A program made the translations under genes and the position numbers. From Marsupella aquatica (lineage: Eukaryota; Plantae; Marchantiophyta), in contig OZ316892.1 in NCBI GenBank assembly GCA_973895155.1, positions 1,303,123-1,367,122 of the forward strand: a stretch of DNA of 64,000 bases, read 5' to 3'. Below are positions 1-14,100 of this stretch, piece by piece. The first letter of the stretch is position 1, and every line of letters begins with the position of its first letter. Below the pieces are notes generated by a model. The model was not told the DNA's origin. It ran no database searches and worked only from the letters and a program-made list of their open reading frames with translations.

Positions 1-4
1 ATGG

Positions 5-305
5 CATTGTTTTTTTTGACAAAAATTTGCCGAATTTCCACCTCCCCAAAAAGCTTTCACCAAACTTTGCTAGTATTTCTCTGCCTCATTAGCCAACATC
101 CCACCATATCACACCCCCATTAGCCAGAATCTAATGGTCATCCTTAAATCTAGGGAGATCTAATGATCAGGAAAATATTCCACAAAGATCAGATAAAGAA
201 TATTTTGAGAAATCTTCTCTTTCATATAAAGAATATTTTGAGCATCTTCTCCTTCATAGAGTCAACATTGCTAGCAAAAAAGTAAAAACCTTAAAGATTA
301 CGCTG
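5..305. mobile_element. MITE related to the element at 26872-27091 (left boundary uncertain, at the window edge)
   Basis: Shares TTCCACCTCCCCAAAAA, TTAAATCTAGGGA and ATAAAGAATATT blocks with 26872-27091. Right end CCTTAAAGATTACGCTG resembles that element's TIR. Confidence 0.5.
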
Positions 306-1403
306 TCCATGGGAGCAGAAATAAAAGCCCGGATGGATCGAGACATTGTCCCTGCCCATCCCCATGGACTGCGTAAAGGGATCGATGCTTTTACACCAAA
401 AAGAAAACGAAATTGCTTGTGGATCGTAGTTGACAACTTTGACTACCTTGGAGAGAAAGTAGTGAAGATGTCATGGTGATCTTGAATATTGGCATGATAT
501 CTTGACATCTTAACATCTTTCAGGGTCAAGGTAATCAAGTCATCAAGGCATTGAGAAAACCTATTTGGTAATGTAATTGAAACCGGTTGCAAACATTAAG
601 GAGACCGCTTACAAATCACATTTCAATCAAAAGTCTAAAGAGTATCATCAGAATCAGTTTAAATGGTATGAAAAGTCCATTCAAGCTTTGCCAGTCCATG
701 GGTTTCATAGACAAAGTGGAGTTTCATCAGGGCTTTAGTTTCATGGAGCATCATCTTACTTATAAAGCGCCAAGGGCAAGTTAGAGTAAGGGGTGTAGGC
801 TTTGAGAGTGAAGCCTCTAGGCCATGACTCTAGGGCCCCGCCAAAATATATGTGCATTTAAAAAAATATGCATATATAAATGAATATTATTTTATTTATT
901 TGGTTAAGATATTTGAAGAATGAGAATAGTAAATATATTTTATTATATTTTATTGCACTCCTCTACTCACTTTCAAAAGAAGGGGTAATGGTGACTAGTA
1001 GTGGGGGCTAGTTCTCCAAATTACTTTGAAAATTGTTGACAGAAAACTGTAATAATCCTTGAAAATTAGGCCGAACCAGTAATGTTGGTTCCGTCCTCTG
1101 ACTTCTCTGCGGCCTCACTTTCTTGGAAATGCGACTAGCCGTTCAACTTGTTGTACTGTTCCATAATTTGAAACAATCCTCGTACTCCACTTTCAAACGA
1201 TCGAGAACCAGAGCTCTCCTGCCGCTGGGTTGGCCTGGCCTGCCTCGCTAGCCCAGCTACAGAGCACACAGCTACAGAGCCCACACACTGCATCTTTCGG
1301 ACCCCGAAGTCCAGGATCGCGTGCATTTCCCTCAAGATGCTCCTTCATTGCGCTTTGCCACTCAATGCGTGCCCATTTAGGAAACCGTAAATGTGATTTC
1401 TGT

Positions 1404-1525
1404 ACAGTATTGGGTAGAGCTTGATGAGCTTGATGAGCTTGATGTTCGAGACTCGAACCTCGAGACAGTATTGGGTAGAGCTTGATGAGCTTGATGAGCT
1501 TGAGGTTCGAGACCCGAAACTCGAG
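1404..1525 (+). repeat. Two-copy 61-bp tandem duplication, each copy with internal (GAGCTTGAT)x3, upstream of the kinesin gene
   Basis: ACAGTATTGGGTAGAGCTTGATGAGCTTGATGAGCTTGA.GTTCGAGAC.CGAA.CTCGAG occurs twice head-to-tail with about 3 mismatches. Confidence 0.9.
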
Positions 1526-2139
1526 AGTGAGGAAGTTGTCTCTCATCACTCGTGCGCGCTTTGGGGGATGTTCTTTCGAGAAAGATTTAGTCTCTCTTGG
1601 GCACAGATTTCTAGACGAGATTAATGGGTAGACTGTGTCTGTAGCGCGGACAACGACCTCACTTCACTGGATCATTCCAACATGAGCGTAATTTTGGCCA
1701 TTTCAGTCGACGAAGTAGCTTCCTTCCTGGTTTCAGAGCCGGGGCTTTGAAGGCCCAGGGGTTGGTTCGATGAACTCCGTGAATTTTCCATGATCAACTC
1801 TTCAGCTAGTGGCGTGCTTTCATTTACCGCACCAGGCGGGCAGTATGTCTCGATAGCAGAATGATGTAAGAGCAGCGTTTTATGGGTGTTCCTCACGTAG
1901 AGAATTGGGAGTTCTCACGTCAGTATGTCCCATGGAAAGATTGAGACAGCTGACGGAGGTCGAAACATCAGTCAATTGAGTGTAATATTCCCGGCTCTTG
2001 GGCGTCAGGCAGCAACAAGAAAGGAATCCGTAACTGCAGCACATCACTATCGTGCTTTTTCTTGAAAGCTCTCCAGATTGCTTCTAGACGCTGTGACGGA
2101 TTGCAGTTCAGGTCCCTTCTCCATAAGGAGAGAAACGGA

Positions 2140-5100
2140 ATGGCCAAAGGAATGTCTCCACCTCGCTTAATCATGCGGAATGCCCCAAGAAAGACACTGG
2201 TAGATGGCATCGATGGGAGTTCTTCCGATCCGGAGGGCACAGCTCAGTCACGAGAGCCACTTGGTTCGATTACTGAGACCGTAAGGAATCCTCGCATCGC
2301 GGTTGCTGACCAGTCAAGTGGAGACCCCTCGACTCCACGAGCTAACGTGAAAGTCTTGTCTTTCGAGCAAGAGAAATTTCCACACTTGGAAAATTCGGAA
2401 GTCTATGCAACTTCTATTAATACTGCTCCTGACCAAAGTGCAAGCTCGCAGTCCAAGGGTAAGTTCACATGGCAGCATCGTCACGCGGCCACAGCTCAGA
2501 ATCCTCCGTGGGATGGTCCACCGTCGTTGATCACACCACTGCGACCTCCGAAGCGGTCTGTCTGCTCTGACGTTCAAGCTGTAAATAACCAGGACACATT
2601 GCAAACCTTTTCCCATCACTTGAGGGGGAGTAGCACCTCTAAGATTGGTAGCTCAGGGGGAGGTAAGTCCACTACCGAATCAGAGAATAGCGGTTCTCAA
2701 TCTCAAAATGTCACGCCCTGCACAACTGTTCCCAGATCACTGAAGTATAGTCAACAGGGGAGTGCAAACAACTCCGGAGGTTCTGGACTGCCGAACGTCC
2801 GGTCTACAGTTTCTCAGCATGTTGTCACTCGACCCATGGGGTATCTACAGGCAGTAAAGGGTGTCCTTCCTCAAAGTACGAATCAGAATTTCGTAGAGCA
2901 TCACTTCGAGATAGAAGAAGATGCAAGCTTTCGGCGTAATCACAATGTCCAGGTACGTATCTTATGGGACCAGCTAGCACGAGCCACATTTCCCTCTGTT
3001 TTACGAGAATTGTGAGTCTTTCGACAAAATGAACGATCGGTGTGGTTAACGGGAAGCGAGCTGTAGGATCTCCTCTATTTCAGGAAACCATTGGAATTGA
3101 TCTGGGTTTAGCTATACCAGACATCGACACATACATATGTCTGGGTAAAGATTGCGACAGAGGCTTCGTAACTTATGACTTACAACGGCCCTCAATTGTC
3201 AGTTGTCTTTTTAAAGAGTAGAACTTTCCTCGGTTCGTCCTGTCTAACGGGTTGTTTGTTTCTGCTAGAGCTATTGTCCGAGCGAATATGACTTTATTTG
3301 GAATCCAGCCTGTTTTCAAAGATTCTTCATTCGACTCTTCACTGTTAATTCAGTCCACTGTTTCATAGCTGGGTGAAGTCCATCTTGTCTATCTTGATGT
3401 TGACCACTATTGCACTATCCTGACAGGTGATTATCCGAACTCGACCCCTCAGCAACAGCGAGTTGACTTCCCAAGGATCGAATAGATGTCTCAAACAAGA
3501 AAGCCCTCATGCTGTTAGGTGGCTTGGGCAGCCCGAGTCCCGGTTTACGTTTGATCACGTCGCTGGCGAGACAATCACACAGGTATATGCAATGCCTCTA
3601 AACGTGTGTGACGTCCAGTGGTAACCATGCACCGCTTGCAATGATGATAACATTTCAAATTTTGTTCTGTTTCAGGCCAAACTTTTTGATGTAGCTGGGT
3701 TACCCATGGTGGAGAACTGCATGTCAGGATACAACAGCTGCATGTTTGCTTACGGTCAAGTGAGTATTTTTTAAGATTGAACCCTGATAATGTTTTCACT
3801 CGTCAATTCCCATAATTATTCGTAGTTATATGGAAACACAACGCAGCGCATTCACACAACCAGACTCGACCTTCCTGGGCACGTGGGCAGAGGTGTTAAC
3901 GTGTTCATGTGGGGAATTATTCCCAATTTTGCCGAGAGAGTCCTTGGTACGTCCTTGGTACCCATGTGCAGTCTTGGATTTCATGAGGTTGAAATATTAT
4001 GTTTGTGTGATACGATGACTACCTAGAAATTTGCAGACTGGCAGCGGGAAGACACATACGATGCTCGGAGACATCGAAAATCTTGATCGAAGTCCCAGCC
4101 AGGACCGGGGAATGACACCTCGCGTTTTCGAATACTTATTTGCACGGATTCGAGAGGTATGCCTTCCAGGTCGCTCATCACTCTTGTGAAGTCAACGTTG
4201 GGACACTACTCCAGCGACAAAGTCTAATGGAAGCTCTTCGTCTCATTTGGCAGGAACAGGAATGCCGCAGGCATGACCACTTGAAGTTCTTTTGTAAATG
4301 TTCATTCCTTGAAATCTACAATGAGCAGATAACCGACCTTCTGGAGCCCTCATCAACAAATTTGCAAGTGTGTTGATTCTGCCTTTTTCAACTTTGCAGT
4401 ATAAGCTTGATACCGGGGTGCATAATTTACCTTCAATTCACTCTCTCCATCGTCTCTACCTGCACCTGCCCTAAGAAGACCACACACATCGACATGCTTT
4501 CGTCAACTATTGATCAATCTGATCCCTTCTAACTTGTGAATTTGGTTGGTGGCTCCGCAGATGAGGGAAGATGCGAAGAAGGGTGTTTACGTTGAAAATC
4601 TCTCCGAGGTTGAAGTGCTGTGCGTGCAAGATGTCATTCAGCTGCTTCTCCAGGTTACCTGTTAAACCATTTTCCTTGGCCTGCCAACCTTTCCTCTTAT
4701 TCGGAATCAATCCTCCCGAGAGTGTAGGAGCGCGTCAACAATACCTGAAGATCTATTCTCTTTTGTATGTACCATTAGAATGTTCGGCTCAATTATGCAT
4801 ATCAAGACTTCATAGCTGGGGAGTGCAAGGTTATAAAACTGGGATGTTCGAATCGGTTTTGTGGAACGAGATAAACGATGGCACCATTCTCTGTCCTAAT
4901 TGTTAAAGTTGAACTTCACTGACTGATCTTATCACTGACCTCTTGAGAAAGCAGGGAGCCGCTAACAGAAAAGTTGCTGCGACAAATATGAATCGAGAGA
5001 GTAGTCGTTCTCACAGTGTCTTCACCTGTGTGGTGGAAAGCAAGGTAATGAATTTGATTGTTGAAGAGACAGAACCACAAACTCTATTAAATATATTCCA

Positions 5101-8100
5101 TTCATTGATATTCTCAATTACCCCCCTCCACTCCAGAAGAGTTTTCGATCCTTGCTTGAACGCAGTGGATTCCTGTTTCTAGAACCCATGTCGAAATAAA
5201 TAATTCGCGGCCTTATTCTTTCCGAGGTTGACGGTCGTTTTTTGGTAATATGTCAGTGGGAGAATAATTCGATGACTAATTCGCGCTACGGGCGGCTACA
5301 TCTCGTTGATCTTGCTGGGTCTGAAAGGTACAGAGTCGAGTCGAATGAGGAATTTTGCTTTATGCCCGCGCCAAAGGTTTTCGTTTCAATAACCTCTTAA
5401 TGTTTTACAAGTAAGTAGCGGTTTTTCGAAATGCTGGCAGACAAAAGAGCTCAGGTGCAGAAGGTGGGCGTCTGAAGGAAGCTGCCAATATCAACAAGTC
5501 TTTGTCAACTCTGGGGTACATCTTTTCGTTTTATGTTATTACAACAATTTTATGTATTTCCATCGTAATTGGAAAAACGAGCACCGTGGAAGTACATACC
5601 GCTCAGCCAAATAAAAATTACTGCTAATTGCCCAAAATGAGCACTACCCATGGGTTCTTTCGGTTGGATTTGTTGCAAGATCTACGTAGCATTTCAATGT
5701 TGCTTGCGAAAGTGGTGTCTGCTCTCTCAAGATCGTTTTTAACTCTCATGGTAGTCGGCTTTGTTGACATGGGTGGAAAATCTGGGAATCCTCACGTCAA
5801 GGACTCGGATTAACGGAGGAGTATGTCATTGACTGGTCTATGCCAATGCGGGGCGTATAATGTGCAGGCTGGTTATCATGATTCTTGTCGATGTTGCAAA
5901 CGGAAAGCAGCGGCATGTTCCTTATAGGGACTCGAAGCTCACATTCCTTCTCCAGGTTTTCCGCTTATTGCACTCACTCATTAAGAAATTGGATGCAAGG
6001 TTGCAAATTTGCTGTACGTTAACAATCTATCACAGGCGATCCTGGTTCCTAATCTCACTGCTGATTATTACCAGGATTCTCTCGGGGGCAACTCCAAAAC
6101 GATCATGATAGCTAACGTGAGTCCGGCCAGTTGGTAAGATGCTACTACCCAAGACGCTCAGAAGTTTCCTGCAAGAGTTTCCCGTCATGATGTAACACCG
6201 ATTTTGACATTACAGACACCTGGTTGTCCCGTAGAAGATTTTTTAATGTCGATCATTGTAGCCAGGAGCAACAAAAGTTGTATTTTGGGATGTTCTGCTT
6301 GTCCTTCACGACACAGGATGCCGCATCTCACAATGGCCCTTTGTTTCTGGTTTCTGACGTTAGCTGCGCCATGGAGACATTAAGCACGCTGAAATTTGCG
6401 CGGAGAGCAAAGTTTATCCGTAATAATGTAAGAAAGATTTTCAATCTTCTTTGGTACTGTCTATTCGATTAATTCGCGCACTCAGTCGCAGGCGACAAGC
6501 GCTGAAACTCCAATTACTGAACTTCTTATTTCTACTAATTGTGAAATGCTCAAGCAGGCTATTATCAACGACGATGCTTCTGGAGATGTCATAGCTTTGC
6601 GACAAGAAATCGAGGAACTAAAGGTGAGAATAGTAAAGTTTTCCGCTGCAAATAATGGACGTTGAAGCTCACCGTACTCTCGAGACCAGCTAGATGCAGA
6701 ACTGTCCAGACCAGCCAGTGCAGAAGAGAATTCATTTCAAGGTTTTCATTCTCTCCTGTATCCGAGTTTGACCGTGTAGATTGTTCTTGAACGCTTGTAA
6801 AGGTTGAAGTGGACCGTTTGCGGCGTGAAAGAATGTTGAGGGCTTCATCATCGCGGATTTTAGCACTCGATCATGGGTCCGGCGCAGGGCAAATGTGTGG
6901 GGATAAATCCGATGCGTCAACACTTGACTGCAACGTAATTGAAGGTTCCACATTGGACTTCAGGACTGTCAACAAAACTCAGACCGTGTCCGTCGCAAAT
7001 AATGTTAAGGTATGGAGACGTCAACTGCGGAATTTCATCCTTGAGAGGACAAATGGCTTGAACACTGAATTAAGTGCAGGCAGACTCTCATTCGGTCATC
7101 TTGTGGTCATTTCAGCAATTGAGATCAATTGAAGCAGTTTTGGCGGGTGCCTTGCGAAGGGAACAACAGGCCGAAGATACCACTAAGAAGCTAGCCGCTG
7201 AGATTGAACAACTTAGCCGTCTGGTGAGGCACTTCATGAAAGCCGATATAGCCTGAAATATCTGTCTGTCCATTTCGCAACGTTTGTTTGTATTGGAAGT
7301 ATGTATTGTGTATCGGGTATCCGGAGAAGTGGAAAGTGACTCATGCCCGAGCTGAGGATCAGTCAATAGTTCCGGAAGCTGTGATAGGTCTCTGGATGTC
7401 CATTGACAGTGGGACGCAAGGATAAATGTCAGATCCTGGGCCCAGTGATAAGAATGTAAAGTGCTAGAATTGTCCAGGAGATACGATCTACTCTCTTTAG
7501 TCTATACTCTTGAGAAGCACGCCTCACCCTCGTCATCACGGCCAGCCTTCGAATAATTGCCATCCAAGACTGGCTCTACTTTGCTAAATTTACGAGCCAG
7601 GGTTGTATTAAAATTGTTCAGGTTCGACAGCGGGAAGAGGATTCACATTGTTCCAACATGATGTTAAGGTTTCGAGAGGAGAAGATTCGCAGATTGGAGG
7701 GTATGGCTGACAATGCTATATCAGCAGAGGCGTTCTACGAGGACGAAAGAAAGAATTTGATTGATGAGCTCCAACTGATTCGGGGACGTCTTGATCGCAA
7801 CCCTGAGTTGACTCGGTTCGCGATGGAAAATATGCGCTTGATGGAAGAATTAAGAAGGTACTGTCTCGTAGATTCCTCCCGAAACCCTGCAAATTGCTGA
7901 AGTGTTGAAGTCGAATACACTCGACTGCATGGTGACGGAATCGGGTAGTTCTGTATTATTGTGCAGATATCAAGAATTTTATGACGGTGGTGAAAGGGAT
8001 GTTCTACTTGAAGAAATATCAGGCCTTCGCACTCAGGTACAGATCATGCTTATACTTCGTTGGTGCAAAGACCAAACAAGAAACCCATTGACATAGCGAA

Positions 8101-11100
8101 AGCAGAAAATGAATCACCGGCTCTTAAAAGGTCTCCCACGCCTGTTGTTGAGATTATTGAAGGTTGAAGGCCGCCTGCTCAAGCTGCCTTCAGTACCTCG
8201 TGTCCCTCCGACCAAGATGTATTTGCAGCGCTGAAGTGAAAGGTTTCCTTGCCGTTGGCTGCCGTGAACACTAGTAACGCGTGTTTGCGCTTGAATTATG
8301 AGGGTACCTTGACTGAAGGGATGGGGCTGAAAATTGGTATGATTTACATCCATCTTTGACTTCGATTGCTTCCATCGTGATGTTCCCGCAACAGCTTTTG
8401 GACATATTGGATACAAAGCTCGGCGCAGAACAAACCATTCGCAAGCTCTTGACACCACAGGTACGTTTTGTGGCAGTTTTTGAGCTCAAAAAGTCAATCC
8501 AAACAACACATTTTCAGTCTATTTATTACTTTTGTTTGGAGGTTAGCACTAGTCTGTCCTACGAGCTACTCAGATTTGAATATTTTCGAAGTCGGTCGTT
8601 GAGCTACCAAGAAGGTAAGTCTAATTTATTAAATGCTTGTACTGACTGTTTATATCTAGAAGCGGGCTCTCGTGCCGGAGTCAAGTGCCCTTGAACGAGA
8701 AAATGAGCTTCTGCTCATTGAGGTATAAAATAGTTTTGCTTACTTCGCTTGATATTCTAGTTTCCTTGAATTCAGGCATGTACACTTGATTTGGCCACAA
8801 AAAACGTCGCTACAAGTCGAGAACGTCTAGATGGGGAAGGCTAGAATCACCGTCGTGACGTGAGATGTTTCCATGTTTTTGCAGGTGAAAAGCTATCAAA
8901 ACGAACTGAAAGAGTGTCGCAACAATCTTAATTCGTGTCTCGTGGCGAATGCTGATTTGTCAAGGTGACTATCTTATACACAAGTTTGTATTTATCAGAA
9001 TGTTCGTGGGTGGTATGGGTCCAATCCTGTATCATTCAGTAGTTTGAGATTTAAAAACCCAAAAAGAAAAGGAGAACCTGGTGTTTTTTGTAGATTGAGA
9101 ACTGGTCGGACTTTTGACGTAATGATTCCTCACGCAACTCTTTGATATTCTGGAGTTTCTTTGGAATGGATTGGCAGACAAGTAGATGAACTGCAAGCTG
9201 CCGTGAAGCAACTGAAGAATGAGCGGTCCTCCCAGAAGTACGAAGAACCGGGGGAGCTGGTAATCAAGGACGTTCCAGACAGGTTCTTTAGCGGGGCCAG
9301 TCTCCGTCTTCCACAGGTATTTGCTTTTCTGAATAATTAACATCCGCGTTTAGAATCTTACAGGTATTGAGTTCAACAATGAAAATTTCCTAATTATGCC
9401 CATTTCATCGTGATCAAGGAGGCTACATCCTCTGCTGACCCAGCTACCGTGCATATACGACTTGAGACGGAAGAGCTGGAGTTGCAACAGAGACAAGCCC
9501 TGGCAAATGCTGAAGAACAGGTGAAAAACATTCTTGCTACAGCAGTTCAAAGTTGGGCAAGAATCGTCCTTGACAGGCGAGGAACGATTTTGAAGCTTTA
9601 ATAAAGAAAATTTCAACTTCCCGGGGACTAAATTGTAAGATTCATATTTGGTCTTGTGTGTCTGGTTGGCATGCGCCGATTAGATTGAAGCAGTGGTGTT
9701 TTGTCTGGGGTTATCGTTCTGGTTGCAGGTATTGGAGCTCAGGAATCAACTGAAGGAAGCTCAAGACCTGCTTCAGAAGCTCTCATCAGAGGTAGCAGAG
9801 GCAAATGAGCTTTCTGACTGCAGAAACCTGAAACAAAATACGCCTTGTATAGCGGAGGACGACCCAGTTGTTAGACAAGGCCTTCAAGACCGATGGGAGA
9901 AGCTGCAGGAAATTGAAATGAGGCATTCGGAAGAGATAACCAAACTTCAGTTGGAACTTGATTCCATGGAGGAGGTTTTGAAAGAAGAGAGACAGCAGCG
10001 CTTGTCAGCTGACCAAAAAATTGATGATTTGACGAGTCATATCAATTCCACAGTATCCAAATTGAAGCAAGCACAAGATTTGGCGGAGCATAGTTCGACA
10101 AAAGAAAGACAGCAGCGTTTGGTGGCAGAGCAAAGAAGTGAAGAGTTGAGTAGTCAGTTGACTGCCGCAACATCTAAACTAGAGGAAGCGCATGGTGTGG
10201 TGGAGGCACTTGAGGGACAGCAGTTGTTCTCAATAAATGAACTTGAGAACCTGCAATCAGATCATACAAAGCTCTTGAGGGAGATGAGGCAGCAAGAGGA
10301 AGGAGAAGTGGAACCCCAAAAGCAATTCCAGGCTGAGAACACTCTGGACGATGGGGCTGTCTCCATCCTCAAAGAGAAGTTGCTGAGAACTAAACGAGGA
10401 AAGGAGGAAGCAAGAAGGATCAACAGGCAATTTCAGCAGGAGAAAGCATCAAGGATGGCTCTGGATGAGGAGAGGGAGGTAACAATGTCAGAAGTGGAAA
10501 CTCAGGCCGCTTTGGCAATAACGACATTGCAGTCCGAAATCCTTGAGCTAAGGGAGGAAGTCTCCCTTGGCGTTGAGTCTGAGGCCACCGCAAAGCTGCA
10601 AATCTTCCACTTACAGGAGGAGGTGAAAAGTCTGCATCAGACCATTGGACAGCTCGAAGATATCAATAGATATCTGTCGAATAAATCAGATGAATATAGA
10701 AACCTGGTTGATGAGAAAAACGCTGAGCTCCAAGGTCTTGAGGGGGCCTGGGAAAGCTCAGTTTCTAAGCTAAATGATTTCCTTTCTGACGGGGACAAAG
10801 CACTATCAGAGGCTGACAGAGAGATGGAGGAGATCAAACAGACGAAAATGCAAGAGATGTCGCGAATGGTCGACAATCTTGTTGTGGAGAATCGAGATAC
10901 AGCTGAGCCGGTGTACCACCCTGGACATGTTGCTCGATTAATAGTCAGAGAAACAGAAGGCGAGGTGAGGACTCTGACTGATGCAAAAGCCGCAGGAACT
11001 ACAAGCTTTGCGTTTGAGGATGGCGAAGCTATGGTCCGAGAGTCAGAGAAGAAGTCGATGGTCGCCTTTGTGATGGTTAGGGAGCTTCTTGAAAGAATAC

Positions 11101-14100
11101 GAGACCTTAAGTCAGCTCAGGTAAAAGAAAACCAGGAGGCTTCTTTAAGAGAGGCCTCTAAAGATTTTCAGACTGCTGCACTACAACATCAACTCGAAGA
11201 CGGACGTTTGTTACTGGCGGAAAAGCAGACGGCCCTTGATACCTTAGAGCAGAAACTTGGGCAGAGCGCCGATCAGTACAAGGAGATTGTTGACCAGTGT
11301 GAATTGCTCACGGGTATTAAGGCTTTGACAGTAGCTGTGGAAGAATTGGAACTCGAGAAATGTAGGCTGGTCTTGGCTGCTGGCCAAGCAGAAATGCGCT
11401 GCACAGAGAAAGAGCAGGAACTCGTTGCTACTCAGGAAGAATTTGCTGGACTGCGATCCAAACTAACGGAAGCGGAGCTGCACGAGAAGTCAGTATTCAG
11501 AGAAATGGAGGAGCTGACCATAGCAAAACTACGATGGGAGGTTGAGAGGGCAGACGCGAAGCGCGTAGTAGAGGAGATGAGGCAGGAGAAAGACAGGATT
11601 CGATTCAATTTAAGTTATGTAAATGCAGAGGTGGAAGAAAGAGAGATAGCTATATTTGAGAGTTTTAGAAGAAGTCAACAGGCGTTGGAAAGAGTAGAAG
11701 CCCGATTGATAACAGTGGACCAGGAGTTGGGAGGGCTAGAATTGTCTCAACGGAGTCTGGAGAATGATCTTGCATTGTTGGATTCAGCTCTTACCCTCAG
11801 CTCCGTCGCTTCGGAAGAAAAGGAGCACAAATATCTCGAAATGCAGAGACGAGTCGAGAATGCGGAGGTCCAGATGTATGAAATGCAAGCTGTCGCTGAT
11901 TCAGTTATGGCTCAGGTTCTGCTGGAAGGGGACACTTGGGAGGCGAACAAGCGAAGAATGAAGGACGAAAATGATGCTCGTGAAACAGAGCTTCGAGATG
12001 AGATTGCCGTTGCTGAGTTGAAATTAGTGGCAACAGAAGGAAGCTTGAAAGTTGCAGTTGAGAATGTAGAAAATCTTGGTTTTAGAATTAGAGGGCTTGA
12101 AGAGGAAATACGTAAGCTGAAGGAGGATGCCAAAATATCGTTGTTGAAGGTTACAGAGCAGCAGCAGCAAATCGATACGCTCATGGGAATGTCGATGGCA
12201 CTTAAAGCAGAGTGTAGAGAAGCAGATGATAGCATCACTGCGTTGAATCAGTTAAGAGAACAGTACATTCTGGCAGAAGCAAGCTGGAGATCGGAACAAG
12301 AGCTTCTTACGAGGAGACTCGAGGAGTTGGACTCGGCTGGACAGTTGAAAAGTCAAAACGCGAGCAACGAAGGGTCTGGTGTTTCTAAAAGTACAGGACA
12401 GCTGAGATCCTTGCCTAATTGCATCCCAGGATCGGAAGATCAGAAGCTTTTCGAGGAGGCTTATCAATCTAGTAGGCTAAAGCAGGAAATCCAAGTGTTG
12501 AGAGCCAAGATATCTGAGAAAGATAGGACCATTCTTTCGGCCAAAAAAGAGATGCAGATTGCAATTGCAAATCTGAAGGAGGCAGAACAAGAGATGGACA
12601 AGGTACATCGTGAAAACCACAGGTTGAAATATCTCCAGCTCGAGAATAAGAATCTGATCGAGAGCTTTTCTTTGAAGTTCAAGACTGCCGAGGACGAGCT
12701 CCTCAAGCGAGATATCAAAATTGAAGGATGTGAGGCCGAGCTCCAGAAAGTAGTGGGCATTATGTCCGATTGGGAAACAAAAATGCACGATGGGGAGATT
12801 GAATGGAAGAAAGGAAACGAAGCCCTTGTTCAGGAGCTGACTGAAGCAAAACTTGTCGCAAACGAGAAAGGGACCGAAGCAGGGGCTTTGCTTCAGAAAT
12901 TCCAGGATGGTCAAGCGACCTTGAAAGAAGCTGAAGATCTTGTGGATGCACTAGTAAAAGCTAATGAGAATGCAAAACATGTTGCACTAGACTGGAAAAC
13001 CGAAAAGGAGAGTCTTGGGATTGTGCAAGAATGGTGGATGCCAGAGAGGGACCAGCTCGTTTCCAAGATTGCAAGACTGCAAACTGACATCGATACACAA
13101 AAACAAGACATCTGGATAATATGCAAAGAGGAGGTGAATGGCTTGGTTGCAACGATGGATCTCCTCTTGGCTGTGGATAAGGAACTATCTGAACTGAAGA
13201 ATGACCATCAGCAGGATTTGGATCATCTAGCTGATGAGATGAAGGCCCTGAAGTTTGATCTCGTAGCTGGGCTCCTCGAGGTGGAAGGCAAAATGCTGAA
13301 GTGCTTCGAGGACATGCAAACCGTTGTCCATGAACTGACATCTAAAAAAGACCTTGCTGATCTGAAGATTTTGGAAGAGCAAAGAATTGCCGAGTCGCTT
13401 CAGACTATGAGTAGCGAACTAAAAGCTGTGGAAAATGAGCGCGACAAATATCAAACTGATCTTGTCGTCCTCAAGGAACAGCTTGAAATGGCTCAGACTC
13501 TAGCTAATGAGCGCGTAATAGTAGCCGCAGACGCAAGTCAAGTAAGTTCAACGTTAAAAACTGCTGTCTGATGGGTTTCTGTAATATAGAATTCAGCATA
13601 GGAAGTCATTGTAGCCTTTTGATTGATTGTGATTACTGATGACGTTGCATTGTTAATTAGTTCTTGAAGATTGATCTCTTTCTTATCTGTGCACGTTTCT
13701 TCGATTGGCTGGCCAGGCCGCAGAACGGAGTGAAAGGCATGCGGAAGAGAAAGAAGAGGAGGCTCGGATTTTGGAACGATCCGTGGAGGAACTTGAGAGT
13801 ACTGTATATGCGCTCGAGAGCCAAGTATGTTTAAACTATATACTGACGAGTAATCGAGATTTCTCTACTCTTTATTTCCTTGCTTTCGTCCTACGAATGG
13901 TTGATGTACTTACTAGTGGATGTCCGTCAATTCAGCTCGATATTGTCAAACGAGAGTCAGAAAGACAACAAGTTTCGAGGGAGGCTCTTGAGAAGGAGCT
14001 GGAAGCCTTGAAGCGCGAGATGGAATTGATGCAGGTAATGATAGACAGTCAGGAAGCTCAAACAGTGCGGGACATTCAAGTAGCAGAGACTTTGAAAACT

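Noticed and set aside
2062-3015. 317-aa standalone protein as listed in the ORF track
   Set aside because: It is kinesin exon 1 (ATG 2140, donor after 2952) read on into the intron; the TTG start is not credible in a plant.
10637-13341. Several minus-strand ORFs
   Set aside because: Antisense shadows of the kinesin coiled-coil exon.
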